From a virus (lineage: Duplodnaviria > Caudoviricetes), in the IMG/VR virus record IMGVR_UViG_3300031998_000008, positions 32,001 to 96,000 of that record: a DNA stretch of 64,000 nucleotides, one strand, 5' to 3'. The position numbers and the translations under genes are program-made. Positions 28,896 through 39,200 of this stretch are shown one piece after another. Below the pieces are notes generated by a model, which made no database searches, was not told the DNA's origin, and was given only the letters and a program-made list of their open reading frames with translations. Each line of letters begins with the position of its first letter. Position 1 is the stretch's first letter.

Positions 28896-31800
28896 TTATC
28901 TTTTAAGGCCTGGCGAATAGTTTTTATTTGCTTTTTTATCGTATATAGATGCATTTGCATAATAATTTGATGAAACAGCATTTTGAAGTCTTTCAACAGG
29001 ACCTGTAATATCTTGACCTCCAATAAAATTGAAGTTTATGTTTATATTTGCAAACATTGGCTGAACACCTGCACCTTCAGGATTTAAATCCCATTGGATA
29101 CTGCTGTCGTTTGCGTAGTCTATACTCATTGAAGTAATACAAATCTTCGTATGGAAGAAGTCACCAATTCTTAATATACAATAAGGTGCTCTACCGAATG
29201 ACAAGTTTCCTGCATATTTAACATAATTTGGGCTTGTAGCATCATGCGCTCCTGATGATAAATCTAAAGTTGGCCCCTGTCTTGTACATTGTTGTAAGAA
29301 TGTAAGCCTTGAGTTAAACCCTTCAGGAGTTATTGAATGAAATGCAGGATTAAAATATCTTATTTTTTCTATGATTTTTTCATAAGCAACATCTTTTGTG
29401 TCAGCAAGTTCAGCGAAATAAAGATACTCATTGCCGCATGAATATTCATCTGTTTGCGTTGTTGTAAGAACCGCTTCTGTCATATTAGCTGACGTACCAC
29501 TATTATCACTCTGAACATTATCAAAATTTTGTTCAGAAATAATACGTGTGCCTCTTTCGCTTGGCTCACTGTTTGTTGTTGTTTCTTCATCCCATTTTAT
29601 CCTAAACAACACATAAGAGCAACGTGCTATTTTTGCTTCAAGACTATTAATATCTCTATTTTCAGTGCCAACATCATTCATTGGTATTTCTTTTGGCGGT
29701 AAATCATTAAATTGTTGTAAAGTTATATTACTACAGTTTTCGTTTGTTGCTTTTTTAATTAAATCTCTACGCCTATTACCAAGTTTAACATTGTTATTGG
29801 CAAATCCATGTGAAGAAGCAAATCCTTTTGCCTCAATAACATCTATTTTAATGTTTGTTCCAATTTCGCCAAAAATAGTTCCACCTGATGATTCTGTATT
29901 TTGGATAACTTCATTCAAATGGTCATACCCATTCGTTGCATCAAAGAAACTATATATATCAACAGTTTCATCATTGTTAAATAATGTTTTCTTAATTTGT
30001 GATTTTACATCATTTGATGGTGCATAATTCAAATTAAACAATGACTTATTATGATTCTCATAAACTTGGTTTGGAATGTCGCTATCCTCTTCATTTACCC
30101 ATTCGGTCCCTGAAGTACCCTTTTCATAAGTTTTTAAACTATTAATTGCAACATCAGTTTCATAATCAAAACCAGAAAAATTATTTGGGAAAAATAAAAC
30201 CAAAGCAACTTTTTTAGTTCTTCCTTGATAAGTTGGGTTATTTGGTGTTTTGTCCGGATTTGGATTTTCATTTGGCGTATCTATTCCGTTACCACAAGTA
30301 CCTTCTAATGGTTCACATCCCGCAAAAAATCTAAGTATTTCATTTTCACGTTCATCAGGATTATCAACCTCTTCGTTTCTACCTCTCCACTTGTTTATTA
30401 TTGATGGATGGTCTATTAACAATGTAAAACTAAGTGTACCGCTTCTATCGGTGTTAGTGTATGTATAAATTTGTTCTCCACGCCCAATAAACTTGTTTGC
30501 GTTCCAATCAACGTTAACATTTTCAGTAAACTTTAAATTATACGGTGGAAACCACATTATTCTGCCGCCATTTGGTCCTTGCTGCTCATTTGATAATTCA
30601 TTTTCAATACGAACATCTCTCCATGCTAAGTTTTCAATAGAAAACATGCATTTTTTAACATCATTTTTAATATCCTCATTAGTTTTTGTCTTTCCATGCA
30701 TAGGCGTGATTCTGACAAATCCATTGTCCATAAGAACACTATTATTCCCTAATGTTACAGCACCGTTATTAGGTCTTAAATTAGTTTCTTTATACATGTC
30801 CTGTGTATCAGAAAGACTACTTTTTGTCTTAAATGGACGTATTAATGTGTTTAATTTTCCATATTGATGATGTGCAGTCCAAACACGGCAATAAGGATTT
30901 TCATATCCTGTACTGCTATCAGCATTCCTTTCTGCATTCTTAATTAAAAGATTCCTACCCCTTGACAATCCAAAACTTGATTTTGAAGTAATTAATTCAT
31001 TATCCAAATCAACATTAGATGTGTGGAACCTATTGATTAATGAACCTATTTTTTGATTATAGAATAAACTATTTGTTCTTTGTATTAACTTTGAATATCC
31101 GCTTGCAGATTCCCCAACACTTGGTATGAATGATTTAACATATTTTTCATCAACATTTATTGTTGGTGAACCGCCTTCGTCATGTTCTCTATAATAACGG
31201 TCAATAGTTGAGCCTCCATTACCCTTTGTAACTACACTAATAAAATCACTAATTTTCTCATTTACGCTGAAATATTCAAGTTCACCTTCATTTTCGCTTT
31301 CAGGCCCAATTGCATATGTGTTTTTGTATGAATAATTTGCATTTGCTTCTAAATTAGCAGTTCTGAAATCTTCAGAATTTGCATATATTCCAAATTTTCC
31401 AAGTGTTGACATTGAATATGAAGCATCCATTAGCCTTTCCAAGTCACCATAGTTTCTATTTCCAAGGCCATCACTTAATTCTTGAAATTTCCTATGCTCA
31501 GCAAAATAGTCAAAATCATATCTCAAATTACGCATTCTATACTTATCTCTTTCGTATTCAGCAATTTCTACAATATCTTTAAGTATTTCTTTTGTGTAAT
31601 TTCTATCCCTATGATTTGTTATTATATCAGCCTCACCTTGTGTTTCCATTAAATTTGATGGAACAAGGCCCATGTAATCGTACCTGTTTTCTGAACTTAG
31701 CCCATCATTACCTGTCCATTCGCTAACATTTCTTGTATAGTACATAAGTTCATTTGCATACCCACCATTACTATCTTTTATAAATCCATGGTTTGAATGC

Positions 31801-32276
31801 AATACATATCCATTAATTGAATATTCGTCACCAAAATTTGATGTTTCAGGTATTTTATGTGGATTATATTCACCAAAAATATAACTGTCATAATCAACAG
31901 GAACTATGCTTCTGTAAAAATCGTTTACATCATCTCTAATATTGGTTTCTCTAATTGTTGATTCAAATTTTGTAAATCCTGTCTCAGTAATAAAATTTAG
32001 ATTTGATGTTTCAACATTATCATTTTGATGATATAATCTACCAATAAAATCAGAATAAATTATTGGTTTTTCAAGTTTACCATCTTCAGAATATACATAA
32101 GCATTTGTTGTCTTGATATTCGATTTATCAACCCTAAGAACATTACCTCCTTCAAAGTTGTTTGCCAAATTTGAACTTCTTAGGTCAAAACCATTAATAT
32201 CAAAATGTGTAACTGTATATATACTAACACCTTTATCAATGCTTAATGATTGTGCATCTTGTACTAATTTTCCCAT
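28896..32276 (-). CDS. Baseplate / tail-tube initiator-type protein with OmpA-like insertion
   Basis: WFPPY..F.E....W....IGR.E.IYTY..T.RSGTLSF and P.CILRIGDF..TK tube-initiator-like motifs. Located between the tape measure and LysM genes. Confidence 0.65.
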   Translation of the reverse strand: MGKLVQDAQSLSIDKGVSIYTVTHFDINGFDLRSSNLANNFEGGNVLRVDKSNIKTTNAYVYSEDGKLEKPIIYSDFIGRLYHQNDNVETSNLNFITETGFTKFESTIRETNIRDDVNDFYRSIVPVDYDSYIFGEYNPHKIPETSNFGDEYSINGYVLHSNHGFIKDSNGGYANELMYYTRNVSEWTGNDGLSSENRYDYMGLVPSNLMETQGEADIITNHRDRNYTKEILKDIVEIAEYERDKYRMRNLRYDFDYFAEHRKFQELSDGLGNRNYGDLERLMDASYSMSTLGKFGIYANSEDFRTANLEANANYSYKNTYAIGPESENEGELEYFSVNEKISDFISVVTKGNGGSTIDRYYREHDEGGSPTINVDEKYVKSFIPSVGESASGYSKLIQRTNSLFYNQKIGSLINRFHTSNVDLDNELITSKSSFGLSRGRNLLIKNAERNADSSTGYENPYCRVWTAHHQYGKLNTLIRPFKTKSSLSDTQDMYKETNLRPNNGAVTLGNNSVLMDNGFVRITPMHGKTKTNEDIKNDVKKCMFSIENLAWRDVRIENELSNEQQGPNGGRIMWFPPYNLKFTENVNVDWNANKFIGRGEQIYTYTNTDRSGTLSFTLLIDHPSIINKWRGRNEEVDNPDERENEILRFFAGCEPLEGTCGNGIDTPNENPNPDKTPNNPTYQGRTKKVALVLFFPNNFSGFDYETDVAINSLKTYEKGTSGTEWVNEEDSDIPNQVYENHNKSLFNLNYAPSNDVKSQIKKTLFNNDETVDIYSFFDATNGYDHLNEVIQNTESSGGTIFGEIGTNIKIDVIEAKGFASSHGFANNNVKLGNRRRDLIKKATNENCSNITLQQFNDLPPKEIPMNDVGTENRDINSLEAKIARCSYVLFRIKWDEETTTNSEPSERGTRIISEQNFDNVQSDNSGTSANMTEAVLTTTQTDEYSCGNEYLYFAELADTKDVAYEKIIEKIRYFNPAFHSITPEGFNSRLTFLQQCTRQGPTLDLSSGAHDATSPNYVKYAGNLSFGRAPYCILRIGDFFHTKICITSMSIDYANDSSIQWDLNPEGAGVQPMFANININFNFIGGQDITGPVERLQNAVSSNYYANASIYDKKANKNYSPGLKR

Positions 32277-32302
32277 TTTAATTTTTATATCTGATTTTAT
32301 TT

Positions 32303-35179
32303 TTACATTCTACCCATTGAGTTAACATCGGCTCTTCTTGTGCCATAGTTGTTATATCCTGTTTGCTCTATAATCTTATCAGTTAATTGTCTTACAAAGT
32401 TTTGGTCTGAAAGCAATCCATCAGTTATGTCAACTTCCTGTCCATTTCCGCCAACCAATGTTATAGTTCCACTTATATTAATATCATATGCGCCTCTTCC
32501 GTGATTATTTGTTCCTCCAAGTGGATTTGCCCTTTCAGCAACATTAACTGCTCTTCCAATTTCTGGAATTCCTGTAATTTTACCGATTTTTTCTGCACTT
32601 CCTTTAATTAAAGAACCAGTCAATTCCATTGTTTTTTGAGTCATCTTTAATGGATTTAAGAAATCAAGACCTGAAAATCCACCACTTCCACCAAATTCAC
32701 CATTAAAGTATGCATTTTTAACTGTGAATGTACCCTTTGCAATATTGGTTCCATTCTTTTCTTTTTCTTCCTTTTTCTTGTCAATAGCGGCCAAAATATC
32801 CCAATCACCTTTCTTTTCGAGTTTTCTTCTCATTCTGTCTGAGATTTCACCGCTATCCAATGCCTTGTTGATGAGTTTATATGAACGAGCACCATAATCA
32901 CCTTTTCTTTGGATACCCATTCTTTCAAGTTTTTCATCAACACGCATTTCACGTTTTACTTTTGCCATTTTAACAGCCCCAACAACAGCACCTCCAACAG
33001 CACCAACTGCTGTACCAATAGCAGTACCAATTCCTGGGAATGCACTACCAATCATAGCACCAAGTGCAGCACCTTCTAATGCAGTTGAGCCTATTTTCAT
33101 TGCTGTATGTGCGGTTCCACCTTTTTTGATTTTACCGCTATCAACTAACATGTCAGTTGCTATATTACCTGCTGCACCAACGATACCTGCAACACCACCT
33201 TTAGCAACACCTGCTGCCATCTTTGTACCTATCTTTGCTGCTGTTTTTGCTGCAATTCTCTTTCCTCCTTGTTTAGCAACACTAGACATACCATGCTTTA
33301 TTGCCTGTTTTTCAGCATGTCTTGAAACAGCACCACCTAATTTTGTATAACCTTTACTTGTTAATTTTGCCCCTATTTGGTCAACTCTTGTTATTGAACT
33401 TGCGCCAAATCTTCCTGCTTGCTGTCCTAATTGAGACTCACCAAATCTTGTTGCAAGTCTTCCACCGTATTTACTTCCACCACGTTTAACAGCAGTTTTT
33501 CCACCTTGTTCAGCACTACTGGTTAACAAGCTTTTACCACCATTAGACATACTATTTGCCGCATTAACACCTCTCCCTGTTAATCCACCACCACGGCTAA
33601 ACATACCTTTAATACCACGAACAGTATCAATAATTTGCATAGGTATGCTCATTAGCCCAAGAGCCATGCTCCCAATACTCTTTGCAAAACTACCTAATGC
33701 AATTATGGTTAATAACGTATTACTACGTCCAATTGCTTTATGTATGTCTTTTACTGTATCTCCAGTTCCACTTTTTTCAATAAGTCGTGCTTTATTTGCC
33801 TCATATTGCTTTTTAGTACCTTCTTCTACATCATAAAGACTTCTTAATGTTCTTGCAATATCTTTAATATCAGCTGCTTGGTCTTGTGTTTCTTTAATTA
33901 AATCCTTATAGTCTTTATTCTCTATTTCATCAAGAGTCTTAAATTGGCCATTTATAGAAATACCAGCCCTTCCTTCTTTATCAAATGTTGCTGAATTCTT
34001 AATTAATTCTTGTAAGTCTTTATTTAACCCACGTGCATTTGCTGATGAATTAATTTGTCTTGTAATTTCTTCACGTTTTTCATTTGCTGTAACACTCTCC
34101 ATTAATTGAGAGTAATCCATTCCCATTGCTTGTGCAGCAGCTTTAATACGTTGCTTGTTGAATGCAGAAACTTCAACTTCACCAGTTTGCTTATTGAATC
34201 TTCCAAGCCCACCAACCATCTTTATTACTCTGTCAGTTAAGCCTTCCATATCCATAAGGCCCTCTGATAACATTCCCAATGGGTCAGCAATAGAAGCAAA
34301 TTGTCCACCTAAAACTTGTAATTTTGATGCCACATCAATTGAGCCTTCAATTGTACTTACCTTATCAGCAAAAGATGCAACTTGAGCCATGTCAAGTTTT
34401 ATTGCTGTTGCTTTCTTTGCCATGCTTTCAAGGCCCTTTAACCCATTCTTAAATGTATAGTTTTGTGCTATCCTAATGTTTTTAGCAACATTATCTGAGT
34501 ATTTTTCAAATGATAATCCGTGCTTTGATGCTTCAGCAAACATTTTGCCTGCATGGTCGGCAGTGCCATTTAAACTAACACCAAAATTTTCAAATGCAAC
34601 AGCAAGTTCAGTACTTTTATCACCCATTACTGCTGTCATTGCAGCCAAACTTTCCTGTTGTGCGTTGTCAATTCTTAAACCTCTTCCAACACCTTGAACA
34701 TATTGTTGTTGGGCTTTTAAAAGTTCATCTGTTGAAATATTATAATTTATTCCAATTTTACCATTTACAACATTGTCTATTGTGTTTTTTCTAAGGCGCT
34801 TCATGCCTTCTTCTGTCATAGCCAATGTCTTAGCGTATTTAGATGCTGCTTCATCTGCCTTTGCCCATGGTTCTAACATATGGTTTAATTCACCATACAT
34901 TCCCTTTAGCGTATTTACTGTTTGGTTAAGAGCACCATTTATACCTTTAACAACTGCAAAAGCCTTACCAACCCCATTTGCAAATTTTCCCCATTTACCT
35001 GAAGCACCTGTAGAACTGCCACCACCAAATCCACTATCTCCGCCATCTCCCCCTGAATTATTTGATTGGTTGTTTCCACCAGAACTTGGCGTATTTTCTC
35101 CACCCATCAAATTAATAATTTTATCAAGTTGGTCGGCTACTTCGTTTTGGAATCCATTATAATCGTATCTATTTGCCAT
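32303..35179 (-). CDS. Tail tape measure protein
   Basis: 958 aa, helical and Ala/Gly/Lys-rich, with hydrophobic Gly-rich segments; downstream of the tail chaperone pair. Confidence 0.8.
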   Translation of the reverse strand: MANRYDYNGFQNEVADQLDKIINLMGGENTPSSGGNNQSNNSGGDGGDSGFGGGSSTGASGKWGKFANGVGKAFAVVKGINGALNQTVNTLKGMYGELNHMLEPWAKADEAASKYAKTLAMTEEGMKRLRKNTIDNVVNGKIGINYNISTDELLKAQQQYVQGVGRGLRIDNAQQESLAAMTAVMGDKSTELAVAFENFGVSLNGTADHAGKMFAEASKHGLSFEKYSDNVAKNIRIAQNYTFKNGLKGLESMAKKATAIKLDMAQVASFADKVSTIEGSIDVASKLQVLGGQFASIADPLGMLSEGLMDMEGLTDRVIKMVGGLGRFNKQTGEVEVSAFNKQRIKAAAQAMGMDYSQLMESVTANEKREEITRQINSSANARGLNKDLQELIKNSATFDKEGRAGISINGQFKTLDEIENKDYKDLIKETQDQAADIKDIARTLRSLYDVEEGTKKQYEANKARLIEKSGTGDTVKDIHKAIGRSNTLLTIIALGSFAKSIGSMALGLMSIPMQIIDTVRGIKGMFSRGGGLTGRGVNAANSMSNGGKSLLTSSAEQGGKTAVKRGGSKYGGRLATRFGESQLGQQAGRFGASSITRVDQIGAKLTSKGYTKLGGAVSRHAEKQAIKHGMSSVAKQGGKRIAAKTAAKIGTKMAAGVAKGGVAGIVGAAGNIATDMLVDSGKIKKGGTAHTAMKIGSTALEGAALGAMIGSAFPGIGTAIGTAVGAVGGAVVGAVKMAKVKREMRVDEKLERMGIQRKGDYGARSYKLINKALDSGEISDRMRRKLEKKGDWDILAAIDKKKEEKEKNGTNIAKGTFTVKNAYFNGEFGGSGGFSGLDFLNPLKMTQKTMELTGSLIKGSAEKIGKITGIPEIGRAVNVAERANPLGGTNNHGRGAYDINISGTITLVGGNGQEVDITDGLLSDQNFVRQLTDKIIEQTGYNNYGTRRADVNSMGRM

Positions 35180-35208
35180 TTAATAATCAATTTTATAATA
35201 TTTCAAAT

Positions 35209-35216
35209 ATAAATAG
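35209..35216 (-). promoter_or_regulatory. Putative late promoter motif CTATTTAT
   Basis: 29 nt upstream of the tape measure ATG. Confidence 0.6.
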
Positions 35217-35238
35217 GTGATATTTAATTTATATAGAC

Positions 35239-35266
35239 AAAAAAAGCGGCATAATTACCGCTTTTT
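35239..35266 (-). terminator. Rho-independent terminator
   Basis: Minus strand reads AAAAAGCGGT...GCCGCTTTTTTT, overlapping the stop at 35255. Confidence 0.65.
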
Positions 35267-35528
35267 GTTATTATTATTTGATTGTTCAAGTTTTGCAAAA
35301 GCATTAAGTTGTTCGCCCTCATATGTTCTAACATTACTACCATTTCCTTCATCCATTTCTTTGCTTATTGCATCTTGTTCAAGATTATGCTTATGGATTA
35401 GTGTACGTCTATCTTGTATTGGTAATCTCATAATCATATCCCATGACATTCCTATATGCTTGAAACACCCCCATTCTTCATCAAGAAGATTTTTAGCATA
35501 TTCATTCGGGGAGATTAAGAAATAGAAA
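35255..35528 (-). CDS. Tail assembly chaperone C-terminal extension (probably reached by frameshift)
   Basis: EYAKNLLDEEWGCFKHIGMSWDMIMRLPIQDRR lies in the +1 frame overlapping the end of the upstream gene and has no convincing start of its own. Confidence 0.6.
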
Positions 35529-36797
35529 TTGGTCAAGTTGCAGAAAGGTAGTGAATGAGCCACCTCCAAGACTCTCAGGTCTTTCAACTGTGATATTGTA
35601 ATCAATACCAGGCTCATTCTTTTGCATATATTTTCTTAACGCTGAAGAATCTCTTACATTCATCTTCATAATGAAATCAGAAATGTAATTTTTATCAGTA
35701 ATACCATCAACAGCCATGATAAGTAAATTTAATCTATTTGTTAAAACATGATTAAATTTCAATGCTTCTTCTTCATCCATACCATCGGCCCATTTTTCCA
35801 ATGTTCTTATTGCCTTACGGATGTTTACTTTATCATCGTTACTCACTTCCTTGTCTGATTCAATAAATGTATCAAGAGTATTTACATAATCTTTGATAGC
35901 ATGCATTTTAAGTTTTGAATCTTCAGCCTTACTCATGTTTTCCAAAAGAACGGTGTCACGATGTGTTGGGAATCTAAACTTAACAACTTTACCGCTAACA
36001 GGAAGTTTAAACTCAAACCATCCATTTGAATCACCCTTTAGGTCAAATTCCTTATATTTAAGTTTTGACAAATCAACAATTGTATCGAATTCTTTTCCTG
36101 TTTGTTCGTCTGTTGCTGTAATTGGGTATTCATTACCATATCCACTTGCTCTAAGGAACAAAATGATAGCCTCTCTATCACCCTCAAGCAAATCCATTGG
36201 GTCAATTTCTTGGCTCAAAAGTTTTTCTTGAAGAATATAATCAAGAATCAAATTATCACGATAAAGGTTTGGTGAAACAATCATGTTTTCATCATATGCT
36301 GTCAAATATGCGACTGAAGCCTTTGAAATTTTATCCTTATATCCTTCACCCTTTGATGGCAACGGAATAACATCAAATGCAGCCTCAGGATTATAATTAC
36401 CCTTTTGAGGAATATACTCTTGTTCAAGTTTTTCTGATGTTGCATTTATTGCTGTATCAAGTTTTTTCTTTCTATCCTCTTCCATCTTATTCATCATATT
36501 GATGACATTTGAATTATCAATAGCATTAGTTTCTTTTTTCTTTGGTTGTGATTTTGATTTTAAATCTTCAGGATTTCCGCCGGCTTGAATGTATGCATTG
36601 ATAATATCTTGCTGTGAATCTGTAATCAAATCCAATTCCTTTTCAATATCTTCCTTTGTGTACTTCTTAGTTCCATCTTTATTGATGGCCTCTCTCATCC
36701 TTTTTTCTGTTGACTTCTTTGTGTTTTCATACATTTCAAAAGAAGTTCTCAACTGTTTAAGAACTTTTTCTTGTGTATATTCTACTGTATCTGCCAT
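35502..36797 (-). CDS. Baseplate hub / tail assembly chaperone (T4 gp26-like)
   Basis: IPLPSKG, YLTAYDE.....PNL, DLLEGDR.AI..FLR...YG..Y, LPVSG; upstream of the tape measure. ATG at 36797 preferred. Confidence 0.75.
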   Translation of the reverse strand: MADTVEYTQEKVLKQLRTSFEMYENTKKSTEKRMREAINKDGTKKYTKEDIEKELDLITDSQQDIINAYIQAGGNPEDLKSKSQPKKKETNAIDNSNVINMMNKMEEDRKKKLDTAINATSEKLEQEYIPQKGNYNPEAAFDVIPLPSKGEGYKDKISKASVAYLTAYDENMIVSPNLYRDNLILDYILQEKLLSQEIDPMDLLEGDREAIILFLRASGYGNEYPITATDEQTGKEFDTIVDLSKLKYKEFDLKGDSNGWFEFKLPVSGKVVKFRFPTHRDTVLLENMSKAEDSKLKMHAIKDYVNTLDTFIESDKEVSNDDKVNIRKAIRTLEKWADGMDEEEALKFNHVLTNRLNLLIMAVDGITDKNYISDFIMKMNVRDSSALRKYMQKNEPGIDYNITVERPESLGGGSFTTFLQLDQFLFLNLPE

Positions 36798-36801
36798 ATT
36801 T

Positions 36802-37317
36802 TTAATGTCTTTTCTTTTTATTTTCGTCAATTATCATTTTCTGTGTTTTATCAATTATCCAATCAAGCAATGTCTGCATAACCTTTGTCGGATTGGTTCT
36901 TATATCATGCTCCCATATCCTAAGCAACGGTATTGAGTGTAAAGCGGCCCATCTGTCTTTAATTTCATCTACACGATGATTTTTTTTCTGCATTGGGTTC
37001 ATTTCCTCATAAACTTTTCCATATCCATGATAAAAGTCACCATCAACTTCAATTAGTATTCTTTGTTTAGGAAGGTAAAAGTCATAATATCTTTTTATAT
37101 CACTTGCCAAATATTGATATTGATATTCTATTCCAAGTTTATCAAGAAATTCTTTAGCAAATTTTTCTTCCAGCTTCGAGGTTCCATATTCCTGATGCTT
37201 CTTTTTGCTCCTTTCAGCAGCCTTTCTTATAACCTCTCTCTTCGTTGGCTTTACTTTCGGCTTTCTTTTTTTCTTCTTTGGAACCGATACTTTATTCTTT
37301 ACAGGTTGAGATGTCAT
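36802..37317 (-). CDS. DUF559/Vsr-like PD-(D/E)xK endonuclease
   Basis: SKLEEKF, YDFYLP, IEVDGDFYHG, D..KD, LLRIWEHDI. Confidence 0.8.
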   Translation of the reverse strand: MTSQPVKNKVSVPKKKKRKPKVKPTKREVIRKAAERSKKKHQEYGTSKLEEKFAKEFLDKLGIEYQYQYLASDIKRYYDFYLPKQRILIEVDGDFYHGYGKVYEEMNPMQKKNHRVDEIKDRWAALHSIPLLRIWEHDIRTNPTKVMQTLLDWIIDKTQKMIIDENKKKRH

Positions 37318-37792
37318 GCTTACTACACTCCAATATTATCTTTACTGTTATATCTTTAACTTCATTTGTTAAAGGCTCTTTTTGAACGCCATCTAACTTT
37401 TCAATAGTATATGAATCCGTTCTTATTGCAAATCCTTCATTATTTAAATACTTAATAACAAAATTTTTATCAGTTATAACATCGAAATTAGTTTGAAAAT
37501 ATTTTTCAACACAAAACTCTTGCGATTCAAAAAATGTAATTGCAATTTTACGTTCTGATATAAACTCGATGCCTTTAAATAGTTCAGTTGGAATATCCAT
37601 AAATTCATAAATAACCAATGAAGATTTTAATCTTGTATAATTTTTTCCACCAAACATTGCACGTTTCATTTGAATTTTCTCAAACTCATTATACTCTTTT
37701 GGCGCAGGATACCCTAAAAATTCATGTTCAAATGAATGTGGGTTATAATGCCTTTTAATTGATTCAGGTATATCAAATACGTTATCACTCAT
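37292..37792 (-). CDS. Hypothetical protein, possibly a degenerate tail-tube fold
   Basis: KIAITFFE and KNFVIKYLNNEG echo EMQLTFRD and RDVELEMLDPTG of the tube at 38656. Confidence 0.55.
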   Translation of the reverse strand: MSDNVFDIPESIKRHYNPHSFEHEFLGYPAPKEYNEFEKIQMKRAMFGGKNYTRLKSSLVIYEFMDIPTELFKGIEFISERKIAITFFESQEFCVEKYFQTNFDVITDKNFVIKYLNNEGFAIRTDSYTIEKLDGVQKEPLTNEVKDITVKIILECSKHDISTCKE

Positions 37793-38129
37793 AATCTATA
37801 TTGTTTTTGTTATATTTTTTATTGAAAAAATAATTTTCTTTAAGAGCATCAATATTTTTTTGCATTTTTTCACAAGTTTCCGTGAAATTAACAAGTTCTT
37901 CATGTGGTAATTCAAACCATTCACCCAATTGCCTATCCGCAAAATATTTAGTATGCAGCATTTTTTCCATGACAAACGGGTGACTTGTCTGATAACTATT
38001 TATAAGATATATCTCACCTGAGTTACCTGTTTGAAGTTTCTTTATCCTGTTTTCAACTTTACCTTTGGTAACTCCAATTTTATACATTCCTTCTTTACCA
38101 CTATCACCAAGCAAATATACTGTGCCCAC
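37785..38129 (-). CDS. GIY-YIG superfamily (T5orf172/MUG113-like) protein
   Basis: VYLL, YKIGVT, RIKKLQTGN, EKMLH, GEWF. Confidence 0.85.
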   Translation of the reverse strand: MGTVYLLGDSGKEGMYKIGVTKGKVENRIKKLQTGNSGEIYLINSYQTSHPFVMEKMLHTKYFADRQLGEWFELPHEELVNFTETCEKMQKNIDALKENYFFNKKYNKNNIDYE

Positions 38130-38188
38130 TATTTTTTATTAAATATATAAGATATTGATATGTTAGTCAATAAAAATTAAAATTACCA

Positions 38189-38196
38189 CTATTTAT
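38189..38196 (+). promoter_or_regulatory. Putative late promoter motif CTATTTAT
   Basis: 22 nt upstream of the ATG at 38219; heads the tail tube unit. Confidence 0.65.
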
Positions 38197-38218
38197 AAAT
38201 GAAAATATTAATATTGAT

Positions 38219-38626
38219 ATGAAGAAAACTACAATAAACGAGAATATCAACAGCATGAAGAAAATGTCTTCAAAAATGCCTAAAACTATCAATGAAGCAA
38301 TTAACTTCAATGAAGATGGTATGAAAGACCAAGAAACTGAAATGATGGATGATGAAATGTTAGACGAACCTGAACAACACGAAGAACCACAAGAAAGTGG
38401 AATGGATGTTATGGCATTCGTTGACGATATTAGAAAGAAATCATTAAAGGGCATGGCTCAACTTGCAGATAATCCTGACGATGAAAGGTATCAATTATTG
38501 AAGAAGATTTGGCAAATATGCGATAAAAAACCTGAACAACAAACAGCATTCAGTAATCCTAACAATCAACAAGGAACAATGCAAGGCAATCCACAACAAA
38601 TGAATGGTGGAAGCCAAAGAATATAA
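38219..38626 (+). CDS. Hypothetical late protein
   Basis: 135 aa, acidic, with repeated INE motifs; precedes the tail tube. Confidence 0.75.
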   Translation: MKKTTINENINSMKKMSSKMPKTINEAINFNEDGMKDQETEMMDDEMLDEPEQHEEPQESGMDVMAFVDDIRKKSLKGMAQLADNPDDERYQLLKKIWQICDKKPEQQTAFSNPNNQQGTMQGNPQQMNGGSQRI

Positions 38627-38655
38627 AATAAAATAAAAGAAAAAAACATACTAAA

Positions 38656-39144
38656 ATGAGTGACTTACTACTTAAAGTGCCTAATGTATATGAACCATTA
38701 AGGAAAAATAGATTTATATTCAGGTTCCCATCAGATTTAGGCATTCAAGAATGGACTGTAGAATCAGGAAAAAGACCTTCAATAAACCAAAATGCAACAA
38801 AGATTGACTTTTTGAATACATCAACTTGGGTTCTTGGCCGTTATGAATGGCAGGAAATGCAATTGACTTTCAGAGACCTTATTGGACCATCAACTGCACA
38901 AGCAATACAAGAATGGGTTAGACTTGGTTCAGAATCAATCACTGGTAGACAAGGTTATGCCGCAGGTTATAAGAGAGATGTTGAACTTGAAATGCTTGAC
39001 CCAACAGGTGCTGTAGCTCAAAAATGGATTCTTAAAGGCGTTTTCTTGACAAACGTTGATTACGGGGACCTTAACTATGGACAAGATGAGTTGGCAACAA
39101 TCACAGCAACTTTGAGACCTGACTACTGCATTTTATGCTATTAA
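38656..39144 (+). CDS. Tail tube protein (T4 gp19-like)
   Basis: YEPLRKNRF, GRYEW, YKRDVELEMLDPTG...KWIL.G, GDLNY, L.PDYCIL. Confidence 0.9.
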   Translation: MSDLLLKVPNVYEPLRKNRFIFRFPSDLGIQEWTVESGKRPSINQNATKIDFLNTSTWVLGRYEWQEMQLTFRDLIGPSTAQAIQEWVRLGSESITGRQGYAAGYKRDVELEMLDPTGAVAQKWILKGVFLTNVDYGDLNYGQDELATITATLRPDYCILCY

Positions 39145-39168
39145 TCATTTAATGCAGAAACAAAATAT

Positions 39169-39200
39169 AAAAGGCTGAATGTTAAGTTCAGCCTTTTTTT
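39169..39200. terminator. Bidirectional terminator between convergent genes
   Basis: AAAAGGCTGAA-loop-TTCAGCCTTTTTTT. Confidence 0.8.
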
